DNA of 64,000 nt, from contig JAZDIN010000025.1 in the NCBI GenBank assembly GCA_043804895.1, positions 64,001 through 128,000 on the forward strand, written 5' to 3'. The notes below the pieces were generated by a model. It was not told the DNA's origin. It worked only from the letters and a program-made list of their open reading frames with translations, and searched no databases. The position numbers and the translations under genes are program-made. Within the stretch, counting starts at the first letter, position 1. Every line of letters begins with the position of its first letter. The stretch is from Candidatus Altiarchaeota archaeon (GTDB lineage Archaea; Altiarchaeota; Altiarchaeia; IMC4; SCGC-AAA252-I15). Positions 28,637-37,866 of this stretch are shown here, piece by piece.

Positions 28637-29905
28637 CTACCTGGATTTTCTTATCCACTCCTTGCCGGTGTTCACAAGCTCATCTAATCTCTTCCGCGTC
28701 TTCGCCTCAGCAGTTATCCTGACGTAATCCTCGGTGCCGGAAGGTCTGATGAGCACCCAACCGTAGTCGTATCCGACTCTTATGCCGTCGACGTCCGTGT
28801 AATCGAGTGTCTTGAGGTCCCTCCTCAGGTTGGCCATCACCTTCTCTTTCTCATCTATCCGGCAGGGTATCTTAACACGTTCCATAGGATACGATGGTAT
28901 TTCGGTAACAGTCTCGTAGAAATCGCCGTCAGCGACCATCCGAACTGCCTTCGCCACGGTCGCAACCCCGTCAGGGAAGATGTGGATGTCAGGGAAGATG
29001 TATGTCCCGCTTGGTTCGCCTCCGAATCCTGCTTTGTTCCTCCTTATCCCCTCCGCGACTGCGACGTCGCCGACCGCGACCCTGATGACCTTCCTACAGT
29101 ACTCCTCAACCCTCATCGAGGCGTCCACTGTCGTAACGACCTTGTCATACTGCGACGCCAGGGCAGTCAGGAACGTGTCCCACTCGATTAGACTGCCGTC
29201 AGGGCCTATGGCGCATGTCCTGTCCGCGTCCCCGTCATGGGCGAATCCGATGTCGACCTTATTTTTTCCGACAATCCTGCAGGTATCCTTAAGGTTCTCC
29301 GCAGTCGGCTCAAGGGGGTGGGGGAATACGCCGTCGCAGTTGTCATTCACAACCTTCGTCTCACAACCCATCCTATCAAGCAGCCTAGGCGTCACGACGC
29401 TTCCAGCCCCGCCTGCGCAGTCCAGAAGCACCTTCACTCCATCAGCATCCTTCACCCTCTTCCGTATCAACTCAATATGTCTTCTGACGTAATCGGCGTC
29501 TTTAACGCTGCCTCGACCATTCTTGAATTTTCCCGCAATAAAATTCTCCTCAACCTTTCCCTCGTCACCTGGCTTGAAGGCTCCCTCCTTGTTGAAGAAC
29601 TTGAACCCGTTGTATTCCGGCGGATTATGGGATGCAGTCACGACTACCCCCACACCTAACTTGGCAGTCGCGACCCCGACTGTCGGAGTCGGCACAACAC
29701 CCAGTCGGACAACATTCCTCCCGCTAGATAACACTCCTGATATGAACGCATCCTGAAGTCTCGGGCCGGACTTCCGCGTGTCCCTGCCGACTGCCACGTC
29801 AGATTTGATGCAGGAGCCGAGGGCCCTGCCGAGGTCAGATGCGAACCCGTCGGTGAGCTCCCCCTCCCTCCTGCGTATTCCTGATGTTCCGAACAAACCT
29901 GACAT
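28637..29905 (-). CDS. Phosphohexomutase (phosphomannomutase/phosphoglucosamine mutase)
   Basis: LFGTSGIR, TASHNP, DGDADR, GGEPSG, RPSGTE. Confidence 0.92.
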   Translation of the reverse strand: MSGLFGTSGIRRREGELTDGFASDLGRALGSCIKSDVAVGRDTRKSGPRLQDAFISGVLSSGRNVVRLGVVPTPTVGVATAKLGVGVVVTASHNPPEYNGFKFFNKEGAFKPGDEGKVEENFIAGKFKNGRGSVKDADYVRRHIELIRKRVKDADGVKVLLDCAGGAGSVVTPRLLDRMGCETKVVNDNCDGVFPHPLEPTAENLKDTCRIVGKNKVDIGFAHDGDADRTCAIGPDGSLIEWDTFLTALASQYDKVVTTVDASMRVEEYCRKVIRVAVGDVAVAEGIRRNKAGFGGEPSGTYIFPDIHIFPDGVATVAKAVRMVADGDFYETVTEIPSYPMERVKIPCRIDEKEKVMANLRRDLKTLDYTDVDGIRVGYDYGWVLIRPSGTEDYVRITAEAKTRKRLDELVNTGKEWIRKSR

Positions 29906-29947
29906 CTTTTGGGTTATAAGATAGTCTGTCCCGTTATTTAATATAAG

Positions 29948-30928
29948 ATGGTAAAGGAGCATGAAAAGCCTGATGAAACACTCACAAGAATGTTAGGCTT
30001 AACTCCAAAGAATAAGGGCGAGTTATCCTATGCGCGCGAATGGGAACCAGGCCTTAAGGCGGGCATAGATGACCTAATAGCTGACATTAAAAGGCGCAGT
30101 GAACTCCCTCTCCATGAGGAAGCGCGTATCCGGAAAACAGCCGAGCTCGTAATGGATGCGCATAAGTTCCAGACGAGGAAGGATGATATTACTCCATATT
30201 TCATGCACCAGCTCGATGTCACCAAAAAGTTAGTCAACCTTTTCGGCGTAACAGACCCGCTTGTGATACAAGTGTCCCTGCTCCATGACACCCGTGAGGA
30301 CCAGGTGGAGATATATGACAAGCTCATGGACGAGTTATACCCTGACTTGTCAGGAGAGGATAAGGCCAAACATCTCAGCCTCATACACCTTGGCGTAAGA
30401 CTGCTTTCAAAGCTGAAGGAGCCCAAGTACACGGAACAGTACGCTCACCTACCCGAGCCTGAGCGTAAGGCGAAACTACTTGACGAATATTTCGAGCGCA
30501 TGGTCAACCCACACGCATTCTACGACAAGGAGAAGACATCCGATGACCTTGCATATTCACCGTACGACGACGTTTTCATACGCAAAATGCAACTTGTGAA
30601 GTTGTCTGATATCCTCTCCAACACAGGTGATTTGATTCATCTCTTCAGGCCTGGTTTGGAATTAAGCGAGTCCGCGACTAATCACCCCGGACGCTTCTTC
30701 CCAGAGGTCGTCGGCGTAGCCATCCCCAACTTTGTCGAAGCTTCCAAGCAACTAACAGACCTTGACAAAAAAAAGTTCTATGACGAGCTAGTGTATAATA
30801 TGGGAAAGTATTCTAACCTCGATTTGGATGATTATCCGAATGCCACCCCTCTGAAGGAGGCGGTGCAGAAGGAGCTCAGGGACTGGAAACTGAATGAGTT
30901 GAAGGTGAAATACTCCACTGCGATATAA
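29948..30928 (+). CDS. HD-domain protein, RelA/SpoT-hydrolase (MESH1/SAH)-like
   Basis: AHKFQTRK..PYFMH..V, LLHDTRED, VKLSD..SN. Confidence 0.7.
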   Translation: MVKEHEKPDETLTRMLGLTPKNKGELSYAREWEPGLKAGIDDLIADIKRRSELPLHEEARIRKTAELVMDAHKFQTRKDDITPYFMHQLDVTKKLVNLFGVTDPLVIQVSLLHDTREDQVEIYDKLMDELYPDLSGEDKAKHLSLIHLGVRLLSKLKEPKYTEQYAHLPEPERKAKLLDEYFERMVNPHAFYDKEKTSDDLAYSPYDDVFIRKMQLVKLSDILSNTGDLIHLFRPGLELSESATNHPGRFFPEVVGVAIPNFVEASKQLTDLDKKKFYDELVYNMGKYSNLDLDDYPNATPLKEAVQKELRDWKLNELKVKYSTAI

Positions 30929-30933
30929 CCAGT

Positions 30934-31872
30934 CTACTTCAACAGGGCGAGCCTCGCCAGTAGTGCCTCAAGTTGTATTCGTTCGTTCGCGCCTTCCACC
31001 AGGGTGAAGTTCGCCTCCCCGACGAGGTCTATTATCCTCACCTTCACCTTGTCGTCTGCGTCGAGGTTCATGGCCTCCCGGTTCATCTGCAGGAGTATGT
31101 CTTCGCCGCTGAGGCCTACGTTCAGCATCAGTTTGTCGAGGAGGTTTCTGGCGTCCAGGAACTTCCCATCCAAAGCTAGCTTGAGTATCGTCTTTATGTC
31201 CTCAGGCCTCGCCCTTGTGGTTATCGCATACACGTTCTCCTCGTTGACAGCGCCTAAGGCGGCGGCGCTCTGGAGTATGTTTATGGCCTTTCTCATGTCT
31301 CCTTCGCTGACGTAGACTATCGCCTCAAGGCCGTTCTGGTCGTGTTTTATGTTCTCGTGTTTCAATATCTTCTCCAGGTACTTCTTCACCGACTCCTTCG
31401 TGAGTCTGGTGAACCTGAACACCGCGCACCTGCTTTGTATCGGCTCGATTATCTTCGATGAATAGTTGCATGACAGTATGAACCTGCACGTTGCGGTGTA
31501 CTGTTCCATCGTCCTCCTCAGGGCGTTTTGGGCGTCGCTTGTCAGCGAGTCTGACTCGTCCAGGAATATTATCTTATACTCCCCCATCAGCGGCTTCGTC
31601 CTTGCGAAATCCTTTATCTTGTTCCTGACGACGTCAATGCCACGCTCATCAGAGGCGTTCAACTCCAGGAAATCATGGCTTATGTCGCCGAATAGTTCCC
31701 TTGCAATGCACATCGCAGCCGTCGTCTTCCCGACGCCTGCAGGCCCTGCGAACATCAGATGAGGCATGCTCTTAGCCTTCACATAAGCCTCCAGACGGCC
31801 TACTATCCCCTCCTGGCCGGCTATCTCCGAAAGTCTCTTAGGCCGGTACTTCTCAGTCCAAGGCAGGTCCAT
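30934..31872 (-). CDS. rfcS: Replication factor C small subunit
   Basis: PWTEKYRP, GPAGVGKT, ELNASDERG, IQSRC; no intein. Confidence 0.97.
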   Translation of the reverse strand: MDLPWTEKYRPKRLSEIAGQEGIVGRLEAYVKAKSMPHLMFAGPAGVGKTTAAMCIARELFGDISHDFLELNASDERGIDVVRNKIKDFARTKPLMGEYKIIFLDESDSLTSDAQNALRRTMEQYTATCRFILSCNYSSKIIEPIQSRCAVFRFTRLTKESVKKYLEKILKHENIKHDQNGLEAIVYVSEGDMRKAINILQSAAALGAVNEENVYAITTRARPEDIKTILKLALDGKFLDARNLLDKLMLNVGLSGEDILLQMNREAMNLDADDKVKVRIIDLVGEANFTLVEGANERIQLEALLARLALLK

Positions 31873-31945
31873 ATCCCTAATTAATGGTCATGGTAGTTAA
31901 AGAACATTCTATCCTGTTTTTTAATTTAGGTGAATAATACTTTCC

Positions 31946-32536
31946 ATGCCAATGAAACCCAGAAGGAGGGGGCTCGTTGGCCTGGATACTCTCATACTTT
32001 TTATCGCAATCCTACTGGCGGTGTCAGTCGCAGCTTATGCCCTCATATCAACCACCAACACGCTTTCAGTGCGCAACCAGAGGGAGGTGGCAGAGAAGTC
32101 CAAGAATATACAAAAGCCAATAATAATAGAGTCTGTCAGGGGTTTGGACAATAATGATGACAAACGTATGGATGAGTTGGTGTTTTCAATGAGGCTTCAG
32201 GAGAGCAGCGAACCAATCAACCTTAACAGCACGATCGTGATCATAAACTCTAGGACCTTAAACTGCACCAGCCTCGAATATGAAGACGGCTTATCGGACG
32301 GCTGTCACTTCACGATATTTTACGGGAAGCGCGGACGCGACTATAGTTACCCCTATCTGAACATTGGCGACCTCGTCGAGATACACTATAATGGTTCAGG
32401 CATTCAACCAGGCGTCGACGACTCGCATGCAAGCATGATACTCCTCCCCCCACACGGGTACGGGACTAATGTGAAAGTCGATATCCCCTCCAGATTCTAC
32501 AAAAGGAACACGGTCATATGGCCGCTAAAAGACTGA
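31946..32536 (+). CDS. Archaellin-like protein (class III signal peptide)
   Basis: RRRG^LVGLDTLILFIAILLAVSVAAYALI matches the archaellin N-terminus. Confidence 0.75.
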   Translation: MPMKPRRRGLVGLDTLILFIAILLAVSVAAYALISTTNTLSVRNQREVAEKSKNIQKPIIIESVRGLDNNDDKRMDELVFSMRLQESSEPINLNSTIVIINSRTLNCTSLEYEDGLSDGCHFTIFYGKRGRDYSYPYLNIGDLVEIHYNGSGIQPGVDDSHASMILLPPHGYGTNVKVDIPSRFYKRNTVIWPLKD

Positions 32537-32583
32537 TTTGAGTTTTTTACCTGGTTTCTCAGAATATATCCTCCTAAAATCAA

Positions 32584-32767
32584 ATACCGCACCCTTAAGG
32601 GTGCGGTATGACTTACAATGTGGCCGAGACAAATGTCTCGGACACACACCGGAGGCTAAGAGCCTCCGATGTGATACGCTCAAAATGCCAAATACTCAAA
32701 CAAGTAAAGGAGGTGCATATGCAAGAGTGGAATTCGTCGTAATTCCTCTGCGACATAAATGTTGCAG
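32584..32767. repeat. Multi-hairpin intergenic element upstream of ileS
   Basis: Perfect 26-bp palindrome 32584-32609; stems 32624-32641 and 32650-32668; two further stems. Confidence 0.8.
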
Positions 32768-32785
32768 TATCCTTGCGAGTTTGTA

Positions 32786-35700
32786 ATGGTTGTCGAATCT
32801 GTGAGTGACTTTGATCCGAAGGCTCTTGAGGAGCGCATACTCGAGTATTGGCGCAAGAACAAGGTGATGGAGGAGACCCTGAAGCCCCGGAAGGGCGAAC
32901 TATTCTCCTTCCTTGAGGGCCCTCCGACAGCCAACGCTTCACCAGCGCTACACCACGTGGAGGTGCGCACATTCAAGGACCTCATCAACCGATTCAACTT
33001 CATGCTCGGATGCTCTGTGCCAAGGAAAGCGGGGTGGGACTGCCATGGCCTCCCGGTGGAAGTGCAGGTTGAAAAGGAACTTAAGCTCAACAGCAAGAAG
33101 GAGATAGTGAAGTACGGGGTTGACAGATTCGTTGACATGTGCCGGCAGAGCGTCTTCAGCCACATCAAGGAGTGGGATGCGCTCACTGAGAGGATGGCGT
33201 ACTGGGTCGACTTGGAGAACCCGTATGTCACAATGGACAACGAATACATAGAGAGCGTCTGGTGGAGCATAAAGAAGCTATGGGACAATAAAATGCTGTA
33301 CGAGGGCGACCGGGTGGTGCCATTGTGCCCGCGATGCGGCACGCCGTTATCGTCTCACGAGGTCGCCTTAGGATATCAGACGGTTAAAGAGGAGACAGTC
33401 ATCGTTTCATTCCGGGCTAAAGGAAGGGATTTCGGCATTCTAGCATGGACTACCACTCCGTGGACACTACTTAGCAACGTAGCACTAGCAGTCCACCCTG
33501 ATGTGACATACGTTGTGATAAAATACAACGGCGAAAAGTACGTTCTCGGCAAAGACCTCGCTGAAAAAAGGTTCCCCGAGGCGGAGATTGTCGGGAAGAT
33601 GAAAGGCAAAGACCTCGTTGGAGTGGAATATCACCCTCTCTTCAACCACTTCATAGGAAAACTGGATAAGCCAGCCTGGAGGGTGATATCAGGCGACTTC
33701 GTTACAACCGAAGAGGGTACTGGGATAGTCCATATTGCTCCAGCCTTCGGTGAGGACGACTACAACGTTGGTGTCAAAAATGGCATGCCTGTGATAAACC
33801 CGGTTGACGTTGAGGGCAAGTTCACATCAGACGTGCCTGAGCTCGCCGGGACCTTCGTCAAGGACGCTGACCCCAAGATAATAGGATGGCTTGACGAGAT
33901 GGGCCTCCTGATAGCGCACTACCCATACGAGCACGAGTACCCCTTCTGTTGGAGGTGTAAGACGCCGCTACTCTACTATTCGATGAAGTCTTGGTTCATC
34001 AAAGTCAGCCAGTGTGTGCCGAAGCTTGTTGAACAGAACAATAAGGTAAAATGGTATCCTGAAACGATAGGTTCAGGTCGTTTCGGCAACTGGGTTGAGA
34101 ACGCCAGGGACTGGAGCCTAAGCCGCAACCGATTCTGGGGGACTCCTCTGCCCATATGGCAATGCCATTGCGGGCAGGCTAAGGTCATCGGCTCAAGGCA
34201 GGAGCTTGAGGAGAACGCAACAACCAAGATGAAGCCTGAAATGGACCTACACAGACCCCACGTGGACGAAGTCAAACTACGGTGCAAATGCGGCGGGGAA
34301 ATGAAAAGAGTAGAATACGTCATAGACTGCTGGTACGACTCCGGCGCTGCAACATTCGCTCAGTTCCACTACCCCTTCGAAAACAAAGAACTGTTCGAAA
34401 AAAGCTTCCCCTACGACTTCATATGCGAGGCCACAGATCAAACGAGAGGTGGGTTCTACACGCTTCTTGTCATCTCTGCACTGATTTTCGATAAACCTGC
34501 GTATAAGAGCTGCGTCGTAGGCGGCCTCCTACTTGACGACAAGGGGGAGAAGATGAGCAAGAGCAACAAGAATATTATAGACCCCTGGCAGCTGTTCAAC
34601 ACGTTCGGCGCCGATGCAGTGAGGCTTCAGATGTGCTCAACCGCCCCATGGAACTCCAAGAGGTTCGGGCAAGACAGCATGAACGAGTCAGTGATACCTA
34701 TGCTCCGTACACTCTGGAACTGCTACTCGTTCACAGCCCGCTATATGCTCCTTGACGGCTTCGACCCCAAAGAGAACAAACTGGATGAAAGGTACCTTTC
34801 TCTCGAGGACAAGTGGGTGCTAGCAGCAGCAGACTCCATGGTAAGCTCAGTAACAGAATCCCTCACACTACACGAATACCACCACGCCCTAGCGAGGATT
34901 TACAATTTCATAGTCGAGGACCTCTCTCGCTGGTACATCAAGATAATACGGGACAGGCTCTGGCTAGAGGATAAGGAAGGCAGAATCAACCCATCCAAAA
35001 AGGCAGCCTACATGACCTTGACCGCAGTGTTCGAGAAGGTCTGTCTCACAATGGCTCCGCTTGCGCCTTTCACAAGCGAGGAGATATTCCTGAATCTCGT
35101 CAGAAAAGAAGGCAATAGCATACACCACATGAGCTGGCCTAAGCCGAAGAAGCCTGATGAGAGAATCCTCAGGGAGATGAAGATAGTCCGCGCGATATTC
35201 GAGGCAGGCAGCAAATGCCGCCAGGATGCGAAGATAAAGCTGCGCTACCCGATAAGGAAGGTCACGGTCTCAGGCGACGCCCACATAAAAGGGGCAGTGG
35301 AAGAACTTAGTGGGATAATAACAAAGCAGCTCAACTGCAAGGAAGTGGAGTTCGTCTCAACCCTCCCTGAAATCAGCTACGCCGCTGTGCCTGACTTCAA
35401 AATCATAGGCCCGAAGCTAGGGAAAGACGCAGGCCGTGTAGCGCAGCTGATAAAGTCGAATCCGATGGAAGCCAAGAAGATAAAGGAGTCTAAGAAGTCT
35501 GGGAAAATAGGCGACACCGAAGTTGAGCCTGAGATGGTTTCTGAGATAAAACTCATAATATCAGAGAAGTACGCTGCAGCCAACTTCACCCACGGCCAAT
35601 CAGCTGGAATAGTCCTCATAGAAACAGCCAGGGACAAAAGCCTCCAGAACGAAGCCCTAGCAAGGGACCTGATAAGGAACATCCAGGAGTTGAGGAAGAA

Positions 35701-35896
35701 GAACAACCTAAACGAGCTGCAGAGAATCAAAGTCAAGGTCTCAAAGACCCGGGAAGTGGAAGAAATGCTCACAGAATTCAAGGACATCATCCTCAGGGAA
35801 GTGAGAGGAGACTCCATAGAACTGTCAAAAGACATAAAATCACCCGAATGCCTGAAATACGAGGGCGAGACGGTCTGCTACGAGATAGCCTACTAA
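32786..35896 (+). CDS. ileS: Isoleucine--tRNA ligase (type 2)
   Basis: EGPPTAN.PALHH, GWDCHGLP, WTTTPWT, GTGIVH, DWSLSRNRFWG, KMSKS. Confidence 0.97.
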   Translation: MVVESVSDFDPKALEERILEYWRKNKVMEETLKPRKGELFSFLEGPPTANASPALHHVEVRTFKDLINRFNFMLGCSVPRKAGWDCHGLPVEVQVEKELKLNSKKEIVKYGVDRFVDMCRQSVFSHIKEWDALTERMAYWVDLENPYVTMDNEYIESVWWSIKKLWDNKMLYEGDRVVPLCPRCGTPLSSHEVALGYQTVKEETVIVSFRAKGRDFGILAWTTTPWTLLSNVALAVHPDVTYVVIKYNGEKYVLGKDLAEKRFPEAEIVGKMKGKDLVGVEYHPLFNHFIGKLDKPAWRVISGDFVTTEEGTGIVHIAPAFGEDDYNVGVKNGMPVINPVDVEGKFTSDVPELAGTFVKDADPKIIGWLDEMGLLIAHYPYEHEYPFCWRCKTPLLYYSMKSWFIKVSQCVPKLVEQNNKVKWYPETIGSGRFGNWVENARDWSLSRNRFWGTPLPIWQCHCGQAKVIGSRQELEENATTKMKPEMDLHRPHVDEVKLRCKCGGEMKRVEYVIDCWYDSGAATFAQFHYPFENKELFEKSFPYDFICEATDQTRGGFYTLLVISALIFDKPAYKSCVVGGLLLDDKGEKMSKSNKNIIDPWQLFNTFGADAVRLQMCSTAPWNSKRFGQDSMNESVIPMLRTLWNCYSFTARYMLLDGFDPKENKLDERYLSLEDKWVLAAADSMVSSVTESLTLHEYHHALARIYNFIVEDLSRWYIKIIRDRLWLEDKEGRINPSKKAAYMTLTAVFEKVCLTMAPLAPFTSEEIFLNLVRKEGNSIHHMSWPKPKKPDERILREMKIVRAIFEAGSKCRQDAKIKLRYPIRKVTVSGDAHIKGAVEELSGIITKQLNCKEVEFVSTLPEISYAAVPDFKIIGPKLGKDAGRVAQLIKSNPMEAKKIKESKKSGKIGDTEVEPEMVSEIKLIISEKYAAANFTHGQSAGIVLIETARDKSLQNEALARDLIRNIQELRKKNNLNELQRIKVKVSKTREVEEMLTEFKDIILREVRGDSIELSKDIKSPECLKYEGETVCYEIAY

Positions 35897-35943
35897 GAGA
35901 CCTTTTTTATACCCTAAATACCTACTATATATTCCGCTTTAAG

Positions 35944-36228
35944 ATGAAAGGTTCCCACGGTATCAGACGGAGGACTAGGCAGTTGAGTGTCAAGCCCAGG
36001 ATGAAGGGGAAGGTCAGCATACGCTCTAGACTCCAGAAGTTCCAGGACGCAGATACCGTTTCCATACGGATAAACCCGGCATACCAGGCCATACCGCATC
36101 CCCGATTCAACGGCCGCACTGGGAAGGTCGTTGGCACACAGGGGAGGGCGTATTTGATTGCAATCGTTGACGGAACTAAGCCGAAGCGCATTCTGGTGAC
36201 TCCGGAGCATCTGAGGAGGATGGGGTAA
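35944..36228 (+). CDS. rpl21e: 50S ribosomal protein L21e
   Basis: SHG.RRRTR, PHPRFNGRTGKVVG, PEHL. Confidence 0.95.
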   Translation: MKGSHGIRRRTRQLSVKPRMKGKVSIRSRLQKFQDADTVSIRINPAYQAIPHPRFNGRTGKVVGTQGRAYLIAIVDGTKPKRILVTPEHLRRMG

Positions 36229-36572
36229 TGAACGTCTTAGAAGAGAAGCCGGTCGCTCTCACTGATGTTTCCGCGATACTGAAGGAGAAGGATAAGGACT
36301 ACACCGAGCGTGGCACAGAGTTGACGTACGAGCAGAAGCGTGCGTTCGAGCATGCGCAGAAGTTCAGCAAGGTCAGCGTCAAGGACGCTCAGGAGATGTC
36401 AGCAAAGCTAGCGGAACTTGGCATAACACTGAGCGACGATAGGATAGTCAAGATAATAGACCTGATGCCGAAGTCAGTCGATGACATCAGGGCGATTTTC
36501 GCAAAGGAGCGCTTCAAATACTCGGAAGAGGAGATCAAGAAGATTACTGACGTAGTTGATCAGTACCGTTAA
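36228..36572 (+). CDS. rpoF: RNA polymerase subunit Rpo4 (F)
   Basis: LTYEQ..A.EH..KFSK, KIIDLMP; synteny after rpl21e. Confidence 0.9.
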   Translation: MNVLEEKPVALTDVSAILKEKDKDYTERGTELTYEQKRAFEHAQKFSKVSVKDAQEMSAKLAELGITLSDDRIVKIIDLMPKSVDDIRAIFAKERFKYSEEEIKKITDVVDQYR

Positions 36573-36575
36573 GGG

Positions 36576-37154
36576 GTGGTTCCTGTGAAAAAAGACGACT
36601 ATGCTCGAGTCCTAGATTACCTACCCAAAGGGAAATCAGACGTGCCGCCGCACAAGAGAAAGCCATTAGTGCAGGCCATAGGCGACAAATACTTCTCTCT
36701 TCTGGAGCTTTCCCCAAGGGAAGGTAAATTGTTCGAGCTTGGGGAGAGGATTTACATAGGTGATGAGGCGAGGGACAAGGTGGACCACATCGAGCGTAGG
36801 ATAAAGTACGATTGGCTGACGCCTACTGCGAAGTCCGAGCTGCCGCACGTCCTCAAGGACATGGTCATGTCGTCTGAGAAGGAGTTCATGGAGTTCTACA
36901 ACACCGCCGGCACGATAAGCACCAGACAGCACAAGCTCGAAACCCTACCGAAGATAGGCAGGAGGCACAGGGAGGACATACTCGCTGAGAGGGAGTTAAA
37001 GCCTTTCGAAAGCTTCGACGACATGAGGAAGAGGCTGAGCAACGTTCCGGATCCAGCTAAAGTCCTGATAGACAAGATAGTCGAGGAGCTGAAGGGAGAT
37101 TCGAAATACTGTCTGTTCACCACCATCCTTGAGGAGACGCCAAGAAGGCGCTGA
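36576..37154 (+). CDS. DUF655 family putative RNA-binding protein
   Basis: VLDYLP.G, QAIG..YFSLLE, RQHKLETLP.IG, KPFESF. Confidence 0.9.
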   Translation: MVPVKKDDYARVLDYLPKGKSDVPPHKRKPLVQAIGDKYFSLLELSPREGKLFELGERIYIGDEARDKVDHIERRIKYDWLTPTAKSELPHVLKDMVMSSEKEFMEFYNTAGTISTRQHKLETLPKIGRRHREDILAERELKPFESFDDMRKRLSNVPDPAKVLIDKIVEELKGDSKYCLFTTILEETPRRR

Positions 37155-37168
37155 GATTCTTTAACCCA

Positions 37169-37344
37169 CGCGGATATAGTTGAGGGCATAACTCTTTAGA
37201 CTCCATATGGTATATATCCGGTTTTGTGCCCTCAAATATATGCGACAGCCTATGGCTGTCGAATGTGTCTGAGACGTACGTCTCAGCCACATATTCGAGA
37301 GCATAGAACCCAAGTCAAGAAGGTTATGCTCTCGACTATAATCC
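37169..37344. repeat. Multi-hairpin intergenic element
   Basis: ttgagggcataa/ttgtgccctcaa, cgacagcc/ggctgtcg, palindrome ctgagacgtacgtctcag, tcgagagcata/tatgctctcga. Confidence 0.8.
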
Positions 37345-37349
37345 TCACC

Positions 37350-37838
37350 ATGCCACTCCCAATCTGCGCAGGTTGCGCCAAAAGTCGATTCTTGTGTAAA
37401 GACTGCCAGACCAGACTCGATACCGGTATAGTGAATGTGTTAGATGTTGAGGCGTCACGGGTCTTCCACGAGCTCTTCGGCATCGAAGGCAATCTCATAA
37501 AAGCGGTGGACACTGAAAACCAGGCCATAATACTCGTGAAATCCACAGACGTCGGAAGGGTCATCGGAAAAGGCGGAGCAAACATCAAGACACTTTCAGA
37601 AAGGCTGAAAAGGCATGTCAAAATAGTCGGTGACGGCAGCTTCAAGGAGATGGCTGAGGCGTTACTCGCTCCGGCCAGGGTGAGGGGCATAAACGAGGTC
37701 TTCCAGCCTGACGGGGGCAAGACCATAAGAGTAAGGATTGACTCCAGCGACCGAGACCGGCTTAGGATGGGATTGGATGACATGCGGAAGCTCATGTCAG
37801 CTGCTACGAAAGAGAGGGTGGAGCTGGCATTCGATTAA
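37350..37838 (+). CDS. NusA-like KH-domain protein with N-terminal Cys motif
   Basis: PICAGC....LCKDC, GRVIGKGG; lies upstream of aspS. Confidence 0.75.
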   Translation: MPLPICAGCAKSRFLCKDCQTRLDTGIVNVLDVEASRVFHELFGIEGNLIKAVDTENQAIILVKSTDVGRVIGKGGANIKTLSERLKRHVKIVGDGSFKEMAEALLAPARVRGINEVFQPDGGKTIRVRIDSSDRDRLRMGLDDMRKLMSAATKERVELAFD

Positions 37839-37866
37839 AATATGCTTAATCAATATAGTAGAAGAC

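Noticed and set aside
32584-32785. T-box riboswitch or Ile attenuator before ileS
   Set aside because: No T-box consensus or specifier loop was recognised, and the uORF has no Ile codons.
32613-33342. Antisense ORFs over ileS (and the many similar shadow ORFs throughout the track)
   Set aside because: They lie opposite well-supported genes, show no motifs and are expected from codon bias.
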